From the NCBI GenBank assembly GCA_038919385.1, contig JBCKZH010000004.1, positions 1,132 through 65,131 of the forward strand: 64,000 bases of DNA, written 5' to 3'. The notes beneath the pieces are model-generated. The model was not told the DNA's origin and made no database searches. It saw only the letters and a program-made list of their open reading frames with translations. Numbering within the stretch: position 1 is the stretch's first letter; the number at the start of each line of letters is the position of its first letter. Origin of the DNA: Vicinamibacterales bacterium. GTDB taxonomy: Bacteria > Acidobacteriota > Vicinamibacteria > Vicinamibacterales > UBA2999. Positions 1 through 9,298 of the stretch are shown here, one piece after another. The position numbers and the translations under genes are program-made.

Positions 1-45
1 CGTCATGAGGAGGCCGGTACAAGGGCCTGAATGAGTTTCTAGGCC

Positions 46-69
46 GCGCGGGTCATCACGACCCGCGCG
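46..69. terminator. GC-rich hairpin (possible terminator or REP)
   Basis: gcgcgggtc-atcac-gacccgcgc inverted repeat downstream of the minus-strand cassette ORF; no clear U-tract. Confidence 0.35.
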
Positions 70-183
70 CTTCGCCACGCGAAGTGAGAGCCTCAATAGG
101 TGTTGGGTCCGCCGGCCCTTGTGGCCGAAAGCCTGCGCTGGAAACGAAGACAGCACTGACGAGGGCATGCGGCACGTTCGACG

Positions 184-789
184 CTATTTCTTACGGCCGG
201 ATGTCTTCTTGACTCGACGACCGGACGGAGAAGATCTGCGCTCTTGACGGGTGGAGGGCTGATAGGTGTTAGGCATCGCGCCATCTCCACGTGGTTGTTC
301 GCGATCGTCGAATGTGCGCCTAAGGTAGTCCGAGATCTCAGGACAGCTGACGTTGCGTAGACTGGAGGCGAGCTCTCCGTAGATCATTGCCCCTGTCGAG
401 CCGCGTCTCGCATCGGCAGACAAGTGAACTACTGGCGTGCGCAGAACGTAGTCCACGACTTCCGGTGAATCGAGATAGGGGGCGATGCAATTCAAGTAGA
501 GATGGTTGTAGCAAGCGCCCCAAGTGCACTCGATGAAATGGTGGAGAATCTGTGGCATGTAGACTCGAACGCCGTTCACATGCTCCGGCAACAGAGGGCG
601 AATGACTCGTGAAATGTCTAGCTCGCCCGTCGGCACCGCATAGCCCTGGAAAGGAACGATTGATGACGATATCGGGACGCCTGTGTCAATCCGTTCAGAG
701 CATTTGGACTCGCACTGCCACGAATAATTGGCGCCGCTATTCGAGTGCAGCCCTAGTTGGCGAGAACAGTGTACGCAATCAGGCTTCAT
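184..789 (-). CDS. Hypothetical protein, integron cassette gene
   Basis: 201-aa ORF starting about 20 nt after the attC R' (GTTAGAG); lower GC than host genes; no recognisable motif. Confidence 0.5.
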   Translation of the reverse strand: MKPDCVHCSRQLGLHSNSGANYSWQCESKCSERIDTGVPISSSIVPFQGYAVPTGELDISRVIRPLLPEHVNGVRVYMPQILHHFIECTWGACYNHLYLNCIAPYLDSPEVVDYVLRTPVVHLSADARRGSTGAMIYGELASSLRNVSCPEISDYLRRTFDDREQPRGDGAMPNTYQPSTRQERRSSPSGRRVKKTSGRKK

Positions 790-810
790 AGTCGCGCGCC
801 TTGCGGATGC

Positions 811-908
811 CTCTAACGCCTGCGCCTCACTTGCGGCGGCCGCGAAGCGGCGGTTCGAATCGGAAAGATACCACCGCGGCGGCCCTCAAATGCAGCCGCT
901 TGTTGGGC
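811..908 (-). mobile_element. Integron attC site
   Basis: Minus strand reads GCCCAAC-AAGCG-GCTGCAT...GTGAGGC-GCAGGC-GTTAGAG with an imperfect internal palindrome; 98 bp; lies just after the Yip1 stop codon. Confidence 0.85.
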
Positions 909-916
909 CGCCGTTT

Positions 917-1840
917 CTAACCCAGAATTGCCAGTATCACGGCCACGACAAACAAGGGAACGAACATAGCCCCTACCACAACTAGCGCCGCGGACAGGCT
1001 GGCTCCAAGTGCTTTCCAAGCTGAGAACCGATGCACCTCCCCGAGACAGTGCAATCCAATTACGGTCCCCCATGTACCTACACCGAAACCGACGAGCATA
1101 AGTGTGGTCGGCAACGCGGGGTTCGCTGCTTCAATCGTGGGGATCGACTTGCTGAAGACCTCTCCCCCGTAGAGTGCCAGCTGCAACAGCAAGACGAGCA
1201 ATGACCATGTACTGACCGGCACCGTCGACCAGGCTATGGCGGCCTGAACGTGTTCGCGCGGCGCCACACCGCCCAATCTGGCTCCAGTCCGACGCAGTAG
1301 CATGGCAATGAAATAGAACAGTGGAATCGCCAGTGGCGAGGTCACAGCGGCCAGCAATAACGCACCGGCAGTCGTGAGATTATCGCCCCACCCTCTTGAG
1401 GCCGCCACGTTCACGGAACCGAGAAACCCCGATACCATTGCCAACCCGGCAACGTGCTTCGTCGGATCGGTCTCTACGATTCTCCGAATAGTGGCACGGG
1501 GGCTGCCCCAGATGGAAAAGAATGGCGCGGTGCCGAGCGGGGCTTTCGGGTTCTCGACTGGGGCCGTCGTCGGTGCGGTCGTCTCTGGCTTCTGCTGGAC
1601 CGGTGCGTAATGGTGACCGCACGTGCAGACCGGATTCCCGGGTCGGTTCAGCTGCTTGCAGGCTGGACACCGCCAAGTAGGGAGACTGGTGATCGCGCCG
1701 CTCTTGGGCTTGACGCCTGCTGACGAAGGAGCATCGTCCTCAAGAAGGCCCGCTGGAGCTGGTCCGAGCAACAGCGCACCGCAGGCTCCGCAGAATTTCG
1801 CCTGAACAGGGGCCTTAGCGCCACACGCCGTACAGAACAT
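917..1840 (-). CDS. Double Zn-ribbon plus Yip1-like membrane protein (cassette gene)
   Basis: MFCTACG..FCGACG and WRCPAC..CTCG Zn motifs, then a Yip1-like domain of about five TM helices (SPRATIRRI...VHRFSAWKA); start moved to ATG 1840. Confidence 0.75.
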   Translation of the reverse strand: MFCTACGAKAPVQAKFCGACGALLLGPAPAGLLEDDAPSSAGVKPKSGAITSLPTWRCPACKQLNRPGNPVCTCGHHYAPVQQKPETTAPTTAPVENPKAPLGTAPFFSIWGSPRATIRRIVETDPTKHVAGLAMVSGFLGSVNVAASRGWGDNLTTAGALLLAAVTSPLAIPLFYFIAMLLRRTGARLGGVAPREHVQAAIAWSTVPVSTWSLLVLLLQLALYGGEVFSKSIPTIEAANPALPTTLMLVGFGVGTWGTVIGLHCLGEVHRFSAWKALGASLSAALVVVGAMFVPLFVVAVILAILG

Positions 1841-1934
1841 TCTTACCCTTTCGACACGCCGGTGAACCCAAGTCCGGCCGCTCACACTTAGTCGAGGTTA
1901 AACCCGCTCCGAATCTGACCTTACCCCGCAGACA

Positions 1935-2534
1935 TCAGGTGCGCCGTTTCTTTCCTTGCGCGCGCTCCATGTGGGAGCGAATAAACTGGCGATACCCCTT
2001 CAGATCACTGAGATTGATCTTGTACGACGCGGAAAGAGCGGCCGCATTTCTCGCCTTGTGCAAAGAGTTCCGCCCACAGCCATCGTAGCCAACCTCCGAT
2101 TTGGCCCCATCGCCCAACGCGTGGCACCATGAGCGAAGGTCTTTCACAAACGCCTCGAGCGCGGGCCTTCCAAGGTCTTGACCGGTCAGTTGCCCGTGGA
2201 AGATCTTGTTTCGGTGCCCAGTGGCTTCATGGACGCGGCCTCGGAGTCGCAAGTAGTCTGCCCCAACGAGTTGTTCCACCGAGAGCGGATAAAGAGTGTC
2301 CCAACCCATCACTATTCCTTCGAAGTACACTTTATTGCTCTGCGCCAATGCGTCTACGATGGCCGACCTCGACGCCGGACCGCACCAGTCGTGCTGGTAT
2401 ACGAGGAAGGTGAATAACCGGCGAGCCTGCTTCTCGACCTTGATTAGCGAGAGCGCAAACGCATCCACGCAGCGGGTCTCGCTACTAGAATGCAATATGA
2501 GGTCGACCGTGGAGAACTCTTCCTGGACGCTCAT
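1935..2534 (-). CDS. HEPN-like domain protein (cassette gene)
   Basis: Helical protein with RNKIFH (Rx4H) motif; AGGAG RBS before ATG 2534; cassette start G/TTGGGCCG at 2553. Confidence 0.6.
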   Translation of the reverse strand: MSVQEEFSTVDLILHSSSETRCVDAFALSLIKVEKQARRLFTFLVYQHDWCGPASRSAIVDALAQSNKVYFEGIVMGWDTLYPLSVEQLVGADYLRLRGRVHEATGHRNKIFHGQLTGQDLGRPALEAFVKDLRSWCHALGDGAKSEVGYDGCGRNSLHKARNAAALSASYKINLSDLKGYRQFIRSHMERAQGKKRRT

Positions 2535-2574
2535 TTGCTCCTGTCGGCCCAACTAGTACTAGTATTCGACAGAA

Positions 2575-2750
2575 CTACATATTTCCCAGATCCCAACCAA
2601 CATCGAGTCCCGTTCGAGTATCGACCACGATTGGCTCGAACCATACCTCTAGTTCAGGCCCGATAGGCTGGTCGGCATATTTCAATATTCCGATCGGGCC
2701 TGGCAAACGCACGGCCAGCAGTGCCGAGCGATTGGACTTCAACGCCAAGA
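2575..2750 (-). pseudogene. 3' remnant of a low-GC accessory gene
   Basis: Frame ending ...WFEPIVVDTRTGLDVGWDLGNM* with no proper start; abuts the heptamer repeat. Confidence 0.35.
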
Positions 2751-2752
2751 TC

Positions 2753-2780
2753 GGATCCCGGATCCCGGATCCCGGTCCCC
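2753..2780. repeat. Heptamer tandem repeat (GGATCCC)n
   Basis: ggatccc x3 plus one variant at the host/accessory boundary. Confidence 0.85.
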
Positions 2781-2786
2781 GGCCAC

Positions 2787-4070
2787 TCACGCCGCCGGCA
2801 GGCCATTCTTGAGCAGATCTTCCATCGCCGCCGTGAACGTGTCGATCTCCTCAAGCGGCGTGTAGATGTTCGGCGTCACGCGGATGCCGTTGTACTCGGG
2901 CCTGGTGATCGGCGTGGTGATGATGCGGTACTTGTCCCACATGAACGCGTTGATGCGCGCGGCCGGGATGTCCTTGATCCCAACGCAGCAGACGCCGTAG
3001 ACCTGGTCGAGGTCGGTGTGGATCTGAATGCGCGGGTTGGCCTTGAGCTTGTTCGCCCATCGCAGCGTCAGATAGCGCAGGCGCGCGGCCACGCGGTCGG
3101 TGCCAATCGCCTGGTGGAACGCGAGCGCCTCGTTGATGGCGGCCTTGGTCGCCGCCGGCGAGGTACCGATCTCCTCGAACTTGCGAATGTCGTTCTCATT
3201 GCGCTCGGGCGCCGCTTGCATGGGCCAGGTCTTGGCAATGCGGTCTCGGCGGACATAGAGAAAGCCGGTGCCCGTCGGCGCCAGCAGCCACTTGTGCAGG
3301 CTGGTGCCGTAGTAATCCATCTCGAGGTCGCGCAGCTTGAACGGGAAGTGCGCCACGGCGTGGGCGCCATCGACGATGGTGATGATGCCGCGGGCGCGGG
3401 CCATGCGCGAGATGTTCTGCACCGGGAAGATCTGCCCCGTCAGGTTGGTGATGTGGCAGAAGTGCAGCACCTTGGTACGCGGCGTGATGGCGCCTTCCAG
3501 CATCGCGAACAGGCTTTCGCCCGTCGTCGGCACCGGGAAGTTCACCTTCTTGATCGTGATCTTGTCGCGGCGCGCGCGCTGATCCCAGGTCGTCAGCATG
3601 CGGCCGTAATCCTGCTCGGTGGTGAGCACTTCATCACCGGGCGCGAGGTCGAGGCCGTTCTGGGCAATCTGCAGCGACTCGCTCGAGTTGCGGGTGATGG
3701 CCATCTCTTCGGCATCACAGCCAAACTCGGCGGCCAGCCGGCGCCGCACCACTTCGATGTTCCGCTCGATCAGCCCGCGGTGATACACCGGCGCCTGATT
3801 GGAATAGTCGAGGTATCGCTTGTAGGCCTCGTGCACGACGGTGGGACTCGGGCAACTGTTGCCGTTGTTGAGGTTGATGAGCGAGCGGTCGAGGGTGAAC
3901 GCGTTCTGGATGTCGCGCCAATACCCTTCATCCGCCGCCACATCATCCGGCGTCCGACTACCGAGCGCGCGGGAGGCCTGCGCCACCAGTTCGATGCTGT
4001 TGCTGCCAAGGGCCAGGGCGCTGGCGGCGGCGCCGGAAATTCTCAGGAACGAGCGTCGGTTGGTCTTCAT
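2787..4070 (-). CDS. Tat-exported class V aminotransferase (isopenicillin-N-epimerase/SufS-like)
   Basis: NRRSFLR Tat motif; DGAH and SLHKW PLP-lysine motifs; TATAAT 7 nt upstream of ATG 4070. Confidence 0.9.
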   Translation of the reverse strand: MKTNRRSFLRISGAAASALALGSNSIELVAQASRALGSRTPDDVAADEGYWRDIQNAFTLDRSLINLNNGNSCPSPTVVHEAYKRYLDYSNQAPVYHRGLIERNIEVVRRRLAAEFGCDAEEMAITRNSSESLQIAQNGLDLAPGDEVLTTEQDYGRMLTTWDQRARRDKITIKKVNFPVPTTGESLFAMLEGAITPRTKVLHFCHITNLTGQIFPVQNISRMARARGIITIVDGAHAVAHFPFKLRDLEMDYYGTSLHKWLLAPTGTGFLYVRRDRIAKTWPMQAAPERNENDIRKFEEIGTSPAATKAAINEALAFHQAIGTDRVAARLRYLTLRWANKLKANPRIQIHTDLDQVYGVCCVGIKDIPAARINAFMWDKYRIITTPITRPEYNGIRVTPNIYTPLEEIDTFTAAMEDLLKNGLPAA

Positions 4071-4138
4071 GGCGGTGATTATAGCGGCTAGGGCGGGTAG
4101 GACGGGTGGGGACGGCCGCATGAGAGTAGAATCCGCCC

Positions 4139-5605
4139 ATGCGAACCATATCGTTAGGCGTTCTCGCCACCATGTTCCTCCTGACGATCGCCGGCGCCGC
4201 GCAAGACCGCACCGACTTCACCGTGATCGAGAAGATCAAAGCCGAGGGCATGGACCGGTCGCAGGTGCTCGAGACGTTCGACTACCTCACCACGGTGATC
4301 GGCCCGCGACTCACCAATTCGCCCGCGCACAAGCGCGCCGTGGCGTGGACACAAGAGACGCTGAAGGCCTGGGGCATGAGCGAGGTGCAGGCCGAGCCGT
4401 TCCAGTTCGGCCGCGGCTGGACACTCGATAAGGTGACGGTCGAGATGGTCGAGCCGCGCTACATGCCAATGATTGGCTATCCGAAGGGATGGTCGCCAGC
4501 GACCGCGGGCCGCATCGTCGCCGCGCCGGTTTGGCTGCCTGGGCTCGAAGCCGACGCACTCAAGGCGCAAGCGGGCAAGCTGAAGGGCGCCATCCTGATG
4601 ACGAGCCCTCTCCAGACATATGCGATTCGGGCGGATCGTCCCGCGGCGAGCGGCGACCTCAAACCGCCACAGCCTGCACCGTCACGTCCGCCCCAACTGA
4701 ACGCGGAACGGCTGGCGCTGCTCAAGACCGAGGGCGTAGCAGTAACGCTCGAGCCGAACATCGGCGAGCACGGCACCGTGTTCGTCACCCGCCGCGACAT
4801 GGGCGCCAACTCGGTGCCGTCGATCGTGCTCGCGTCCGAGCACTACAACCTGATTGCAAAGCTGCTGCAGCAGAAGGTGCCGGTCACACTGGCGGTCGAG
4901 ATCCAGGCCCGCTTCGACGAGCAAGACCCGAGAACGCACAACGTGATCGCCGAGATCCCAGGCACTGACAATGCGCTGAAGGATGAGATCGTCATGGTGG
5001 GCGCGCACCTCGACTCCTGGCACACGGGCACTGGCGCCACCGACAACGCCGACGGCGTGGCCACGACGATGGAAGCGATGCGCATTCTCAAGGCACTGGG
5101 CGTTCGCCCGCGCCGGACCATTCGGGCGGCGCTGTGGGCGGGCGAAGAACAGGGCCTGCTCGGCTCGAAGGCGTATGTGGCCGAACACCTCGCAGGCGAC
5201 AAGAACAAAGCCGCGCGCGACAAGTTCTCCGTCTACTTCAACCTCGACAACGGCTTCCCGCCGATCAGCGGGTTCTACATGGAAGGCAACGAGCCGGCGC
5301 GCGCGATCATGGCTGAATGGCTGAAGCCGGTAGCCAGCCTTGGCGCGATCATGCCGTCGCCGGGACACATCGGTGCCACCGATCACCTGTCGTTTCTCGA
5401 GGTCGGCGTATCGGGTTTCCAGGCGGTGCAGGACTACGTGACCTACGACGTTCGCACCCATCACACCAATGCAGACTTCGCGGAGCGCATCGACCCTGCT
5501 GCGCTCAAGCAGGCGTCGATCGTGATGGCGACGGTGCTTTATCAGGCCGCCATGCGCGAGGGCACGTTCCCGAAGCCGGCGCCACCCAAGCCTGCGGCGA
5601 AGTAG
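4139..5605 (+). CDS. Secreted M28 family metallopeptidase
   Basis: Signal peptide; GAHLDSW, GATDNADG, GEEQGLLGS, TDH and HHT motifs. Confidence 0.93.
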   Translation: MRTISLGVLATMFLLTIAGAAQDRTDFTVIEKIKAEGMDRSQVLETFDYLTTVIGPRLTNSPAHKRAVAWTQETLKAWGMSEVQAEPFQFGRGWTLDKVTVEMVEPRYMPMIGYPKGWSPATAGRIVAAPVWLPGLEADALKAQAGKLKGAILMTSPLQTYAIRADRPAASGDLKPPQPAPSRPPQLNAERLALLKTEGVAVTLEPNIGEHGTVFVTRRDMGANSVPSIVLASEHYNLIAKLLQQKVPVTLAVEIQARFDEQDPRTHNVIAEIPGTDNALKDEIVMVGAHLDSWHTGTGATDNADGVATTMEAMRILKALGVRPRRTIRAALWAGEEQGLLGSKAYVAEHLAGDKNKAARDKFSVYFNLDNGFPPISGFYMEGNEPARAIMAEWLKPVASLGAIMPSPGHIGATDHLSFLEVGVSGFQAVQDYVTYDVRTHHTNADFAERIDPAALKQASIVMATVLYQAAMREGTFPKPAPPKPAAK

Positions 5606-5614
5606 CTCACGCGG

Positions 5615-6517
5615 TCATCGTGGACCGCGGACGGCCCAGCGCAGCTTCGCGGATGAGGCACGCCGGTTGGCGAACGTTTCCTCCTTCGTCGACCGAATCA
5701 CCTCGTTCGCGATCGAGGAATAGACGCCAGCCCGGCGGCCTGCCACAAACGCCTTCTTGACCCGCCGATCCTCGCCGGAATGAAACGTCAGCATCACCAC
5801 CCGACCGCCGGGCACGAGACACTGCGGTAGCACGGCCAATAAGGCATCGAGGGCGGAGAACTCGTCGTTCACCGCAATTCGCAACGCCTGCAGCGTGCGG
5901 CGGACCGACATCTTCACATCGGCCTTGGGCAGATCCGGCAATGTCACGTTGAGGCCGACCCGCACCAGTCGCTCGAGGGCGTGTGTCGTGTCCGGAAGCT
6001 GGCGCTTCAGGATGCCGGCGACCACTGCCGCGTGCGGCTCGTCCGCATGCGCCCGCAGCATTTCCGTCAATGACGCTTCGCTGATGCTCGAGAGCAACTG
6101 CGACGCCGGCTCCCCGCGCGACGGATCCATCCGCATGTCGAGGGGCCCGACGCCCTTGGCGCTGAACCCCCGCTCGGGGTTGTCGTGCTGCATGGCTGAC
6201 ACGCCAAGGTCCGCCAGGATCAGGTCGACGGCGGTGCGTCCTTCCCGAGCGAGCACCTGCGGAAGGTCGGCGAAGTTGCCGTGGTGCGCGACAAACGCCT
6301 CGGGGCCGAAGCCGGCGGCGCGAAGACGGCCCTCGGTGCGTGGCAACTCAATCGGATCCACGTCGATCCCAATCAGGCGGCCACCGGGCTGCACCCGCTC
6401 CAGGATCGCTTGCGCGTGACCGCCGCCGCCGAGCGTGCAGTCGACGGCGACGTCGCCGGCTTGCGGTCGCAAGCAGCGCAAGACCTCCTCGACCATGATC
6501 GGCCGATGGCTGTGCAT
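5615..6517 (-). CDS. rsmH: 16S rRNA m4C1402 methyltransferase RsmH (stand-alone paralogue)
   Basis: HRPIM, DCTLGGGGH, DLGVS, LDMRM, QALRIAVNDE, FHSGEDRRVK and SAKLR motifs. Confidence 0.9.
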   Translation of the reverse strand: MHSHRPIMVEEVLRCLRPQAGDVAVDCTLGGGGHAQAILERVQPGGRLIGIDVDPIELPRTEGRLRAAGFGPEAFVAHHGNFADLPQVLAREGRTAVDLILADLGVSAMQHDNPERGFSAKGVGPLDMRMDPSRGEPASQLLSSISEASLTEMLRAHADEPHAAVVAGILKRQLPDTTHALERLVRVGLNVTLPDLPKADVKMSVRRTLQALRIAVNDEFSALDALLAVLPQCLVPGGRVVMLTFHSGEDRRVKKAFVAGRRAGVYSSIANEVIRSTKEETFANRRASSAKLRWAVRGPR

Positions 6518-6549
6518 AGGGCAGTGTAAGGGTATGAGACGATGGCCGC

Positions 6550-7869
6550 ATGAGCAACGAGGCGCGTGCGAGGCTGGCGGTGATCGCCCTGACCGTGGTC
6601 GCCGCCTCCGCCACCGCGCTGGTGGCGCAGGACTGGCCGCAGATCCTCGGGCCCGGCCGTAACGGCATCTACACCGGCCCGCCGATCATCGCGTCGTTCC
6701 CCCGCTCGGGACCCCCGCTCCTATGGCAGCGCGACATCGGCGCCGGCTTCGCCGGTCCCGCGGTGTCGGCGGGCAGGCTGGTGCTCTTTCATCGGGTCAA
6801 CAATCGCCCCTCGACTTCGCTCGGGGCGACCGTGAGCCTGTCGAACGGTCGCGAGACCGTCGAGGCGATGGACGCGGCGACGGGGAAGACGATCTGGGTG
6901 TTCGATTACCCCACCAGCTACCGCGACGACTTCGGCTTTGACGAAGGGCCGCGCGCCGTGCCCGTGATCGCCGGTGGCCGCGTATTCAGCCACGGTGCAG
7001 ACGGCATGCTGCACGGCATCGACTTCGCCACGGGCAAGGCGTTGTGGTCGGTGGACACCCGCAAGGTGTTCCAGGCGCCCAAGGGCTATTTCGGCGTCGC
7101 CACCGCTCCACTCGTCGATGGCGAACGCGTGATGGTCAACGTCGGCGGCAAGACCGGCCTTGGCGCGCCGAAGCCTGGCGAAGGCGGCGGCATTGTCGCC
7201 TTCGACGCGGCCAGCGGCAAGACGCTCTGGACATCAACCAGCGACGAAGCGAGCTATTCGGCGCCGGTGATGGCGGAGATCGAAGGTCAGCGCACGGCGG
7301 TGTTCTTCACACGCACGGGACTGGTGGCGCTCGATCCGGCGAATGGCACGGTGCGTTATCAGTATCGCTGGCGCGCGCGCATGGCGGCGTCGGTGAATGC
7401 CGCGTCACCGATCGTCGTAAAGGATCAGATCTTTCTCTCGGCCAGCTACGGCACCGGCGCGGTGCTGCTGCAGGTGGCCAACAACGCGGTGAAGCAGGTG
7501 TGGTCGGGCGACGAGTCGCTGTCGAACCACTACTCGACCAGCGTCTACAAGGATGGATACCTGTACGGTTTCGAAGGGCGGCAGGAGTTCGGGCAGAGCC
7601 TGCGATGCGTGGAATTTGCCACCGGCAAGGTGATGTGGAACGTCGATGGCTTCGGCGCCGGCTCGTTGCTGATTGCCGGCGAGTCACTGGTGATCATGCG
7701 CGAATCGGGTGAGCTGGCACTGGCCACTGCCTCACCGAAGGCGTTCCGCTTCACGGCCCGCGCCCAACTGCTGCCCGGCGTCGTCCGCGCCTTTCCCGCA
7801 CTCGCTGACGGCCGCTACTTCGTGCGCAACGACCGCCAACTGAGCGCGTTCGACCTGACCCGGCGTTAG
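6550..7869 (+). CDS. Secreted PQQ-like beta-propeller (BamB-like repeat) protein
   Basis: Signal peptide, DWPQILGP, repeated DAATGK..W units; carries two in-frame repeat insertions. Confidence 0.9.
   Translation: MSNEARARLAVIALTVVAASATALVAQDWPQILGPGRNGIYTGPPIIASFPRSGPPLLWQRDIGAGFAGPAVSAGRLVLFHRVNNRPSTSLGATVSLSNGRETVEAMDAATGKTIWVFDYPTSYRDDFGFDEGPRAVPVIAGGRVFSHGADGMLHGIDFATGKALWSVDTRKVFQAPKGYFGVATAPLVDGERVMVNVGGKTGLGAPKPGEGGGIVAFDAASGKTLWTSTSDEASYSAPVMAEIEGQRTAVFFTRTGLVALDPANGTVRYQYRWRARMAASVNAASPIVVKDQIFLSASYGTGAVLLQVANNAVKQVWSGDESLSNHYSTSVYKDGYLYGFEGRQEFGQSLRCVEFATGKVMWNVDGFGAGSLLIAGESLVIMRESGELALATASPKAFRFTARAQLLPGVVRAFPALADGRYFVRNDRQLSAFDLTRR
6804..6852 (+). repeat. In-frame 45-bp double-hairpin repeat insertion
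   Basis: tcgcccc..ggggcga and gaccgt..acggtc hairpins; TCGC duplicated at 6804 and 6849; adds RPSTSLGATVSLSNG. Confidence 0.75.
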
Positions 7870-7879
7870 CGGGCACCGA

Positions 7880-8460
7880 AGATTTCAAGGCCAGGGCCGG
7901 CGTGAGATCCGCGACGCGCACTGGCCGGCTGAACCGGCGCTGGAGGTCCTGGACGAGCTGCATAAATGGCGGGGATGGAAGCGCTGGCTCAAAGGCGAGT
8001 ACGACGCCCATCATCCCCGCACGCAGTTTCTCGTCACCGGCTCCGCGCGGCTCGACGTCTACCGCCGCGGCGGCGACTCGCTGCAGGGGCGCTACCATCA
8101 TTACCGGCTGCATCCGTTTTCGGCGGGTGAAGTGGCCCGAGATGGAACGGCCCGCTCGATTGCCCCTGGTGAGGAGATTGCCTTGGCGCGAGGGTCCGCC
8201 GACACGGTGCGGGCGCTGCTCGCCTACGGTGGTTACGACGTCGAGGTGTGGTACCTACGCGATCGCGTGGGACGCGAAGTCGACTTTCTGGTGACGCTGA
8301 AAGGCCGGCCGTGGCTGGCTGTGGAAGTGAAGGTCTCAGACACCGCCGTCGATCCGCCGCTGCTCTACTTCCGCGACCGGCTGCGGATTCCGCATGTCTA
8401 TCAGGTGGTGCTGGACGCGCGCCGCGATGTGGTCGACCGGGGCGTGCGCTGTTGGACGAC
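7880..8460 (+). pseudogene. AAA_14/DUF4143 ATPase remnant
   Basis: LDELHKW, LVTGSARLD and GDSLQGRY present; Walker A absent; jumps from LLAYGG to YDVEVWYLRD..EVDF..VEVK. Confidence 0.8.
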
Positions 8461-8739
8461 ATGCACCGCCCCTACTTTCTCTGGTGGACGCGGGCCACCG
8501 TTGCGGACGTGCGCGCGCACCTGGCCGACCCCGATCCTGAGGTTCGCGCCTATTGGATGGGGGCCTTGTTGCGCGAGGCCAACAGCCGGGACGTCTGGCT
8601 GTTTGTGACGCCGGAGATGATCCGGGGGCTATGGGATCGCCTGCAGAGGCACCTCGGCCGCTCCCGTCCGATGTGGACCTACCTGCTTGACCTGCCGGAT
8701 TCGCCTTGGCCCCCGGTCACGTTGCCGGAGACGGAGTAA
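8461..8739 (+). CDS. Small hypothetical protein, putative antitoxin partner of the AbiEii gene
   Basis: 92-aa ORF MHRPYFLWW...; ends 4 nt before the NTase gene. Confidence 0.65.
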   Translation: MHRPYFLWWTRATVADVRAHLADPDPEVRAYWMGALLREANSRDVWLFVTPEMIRGLWDRLQRHLGRSRPMWTYLLDLPDSPWPPVTLPETE

Positions 8740-8743
8740 CGCC

Positions 8744-9298
8744 GTGCCCGCCGGTTTCGATCCGCGCATCGTTGGACCCGGCGTGCTGTCGTTCCTGCAG
8801 GCCTGTCAGAAGGTTCAGACGTTTCATCTGGGCGGTGGCGCGGCGCTCGCTGGCGTACACCTGCGCCATCGCTTGTCGGCCGATGCCGATCTGTTTGTCC
8901 ACGACCGCGATGGCCACCGCGACCTCGTCCGGGTCCTGCCGACCGTGGGCGCCGGCAGCTTCGTCAGGTCACGCCGCCAGCTGTCGACGGCGTGATCGTG
9001 GAATCCTTCAGTGACCTACGCGCCAATAAGCTGACATGCATTCTGTCGCGCTCGGAGCCTCGCGACCTCGTCGATCTCTTATTTTCTCGATCGAGCGGGC
9101 TACCCGCCGGAACACGACCTGCCACTCGCGTTGCGAAAGAATGCCGGGGTTGACCCGGGTGTCCTCGCGTGGCTTCTCGGCCAGTTTTCAGTCGAGCCCC
9201 TGCCGGTGATGCTCGTGCCACTCGACGTGGCTGAGCTGATGAGGTTTCGCAATGAACTGCGCGAGCGGTTCCGCCGCGCCGCTCTACCGCGGGGCTGA
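8744..9298 (+). pseudogene. AbiEii/AbiGii-type nucleotidyltransferase, deleted and frameshifted
   Basis: LGGGAALA..HRLSADADLF in one frame; ANKL..RSEPRDLVDL in another. Confidence 0.8.

Noticed and set aside
6550-7869. PQQ dehydrogenase as the client of the Mxa-like cluster
   Set aside because: Too short and lacks MDH/ADH motifs; a BamB-like propeller about 7 kb away
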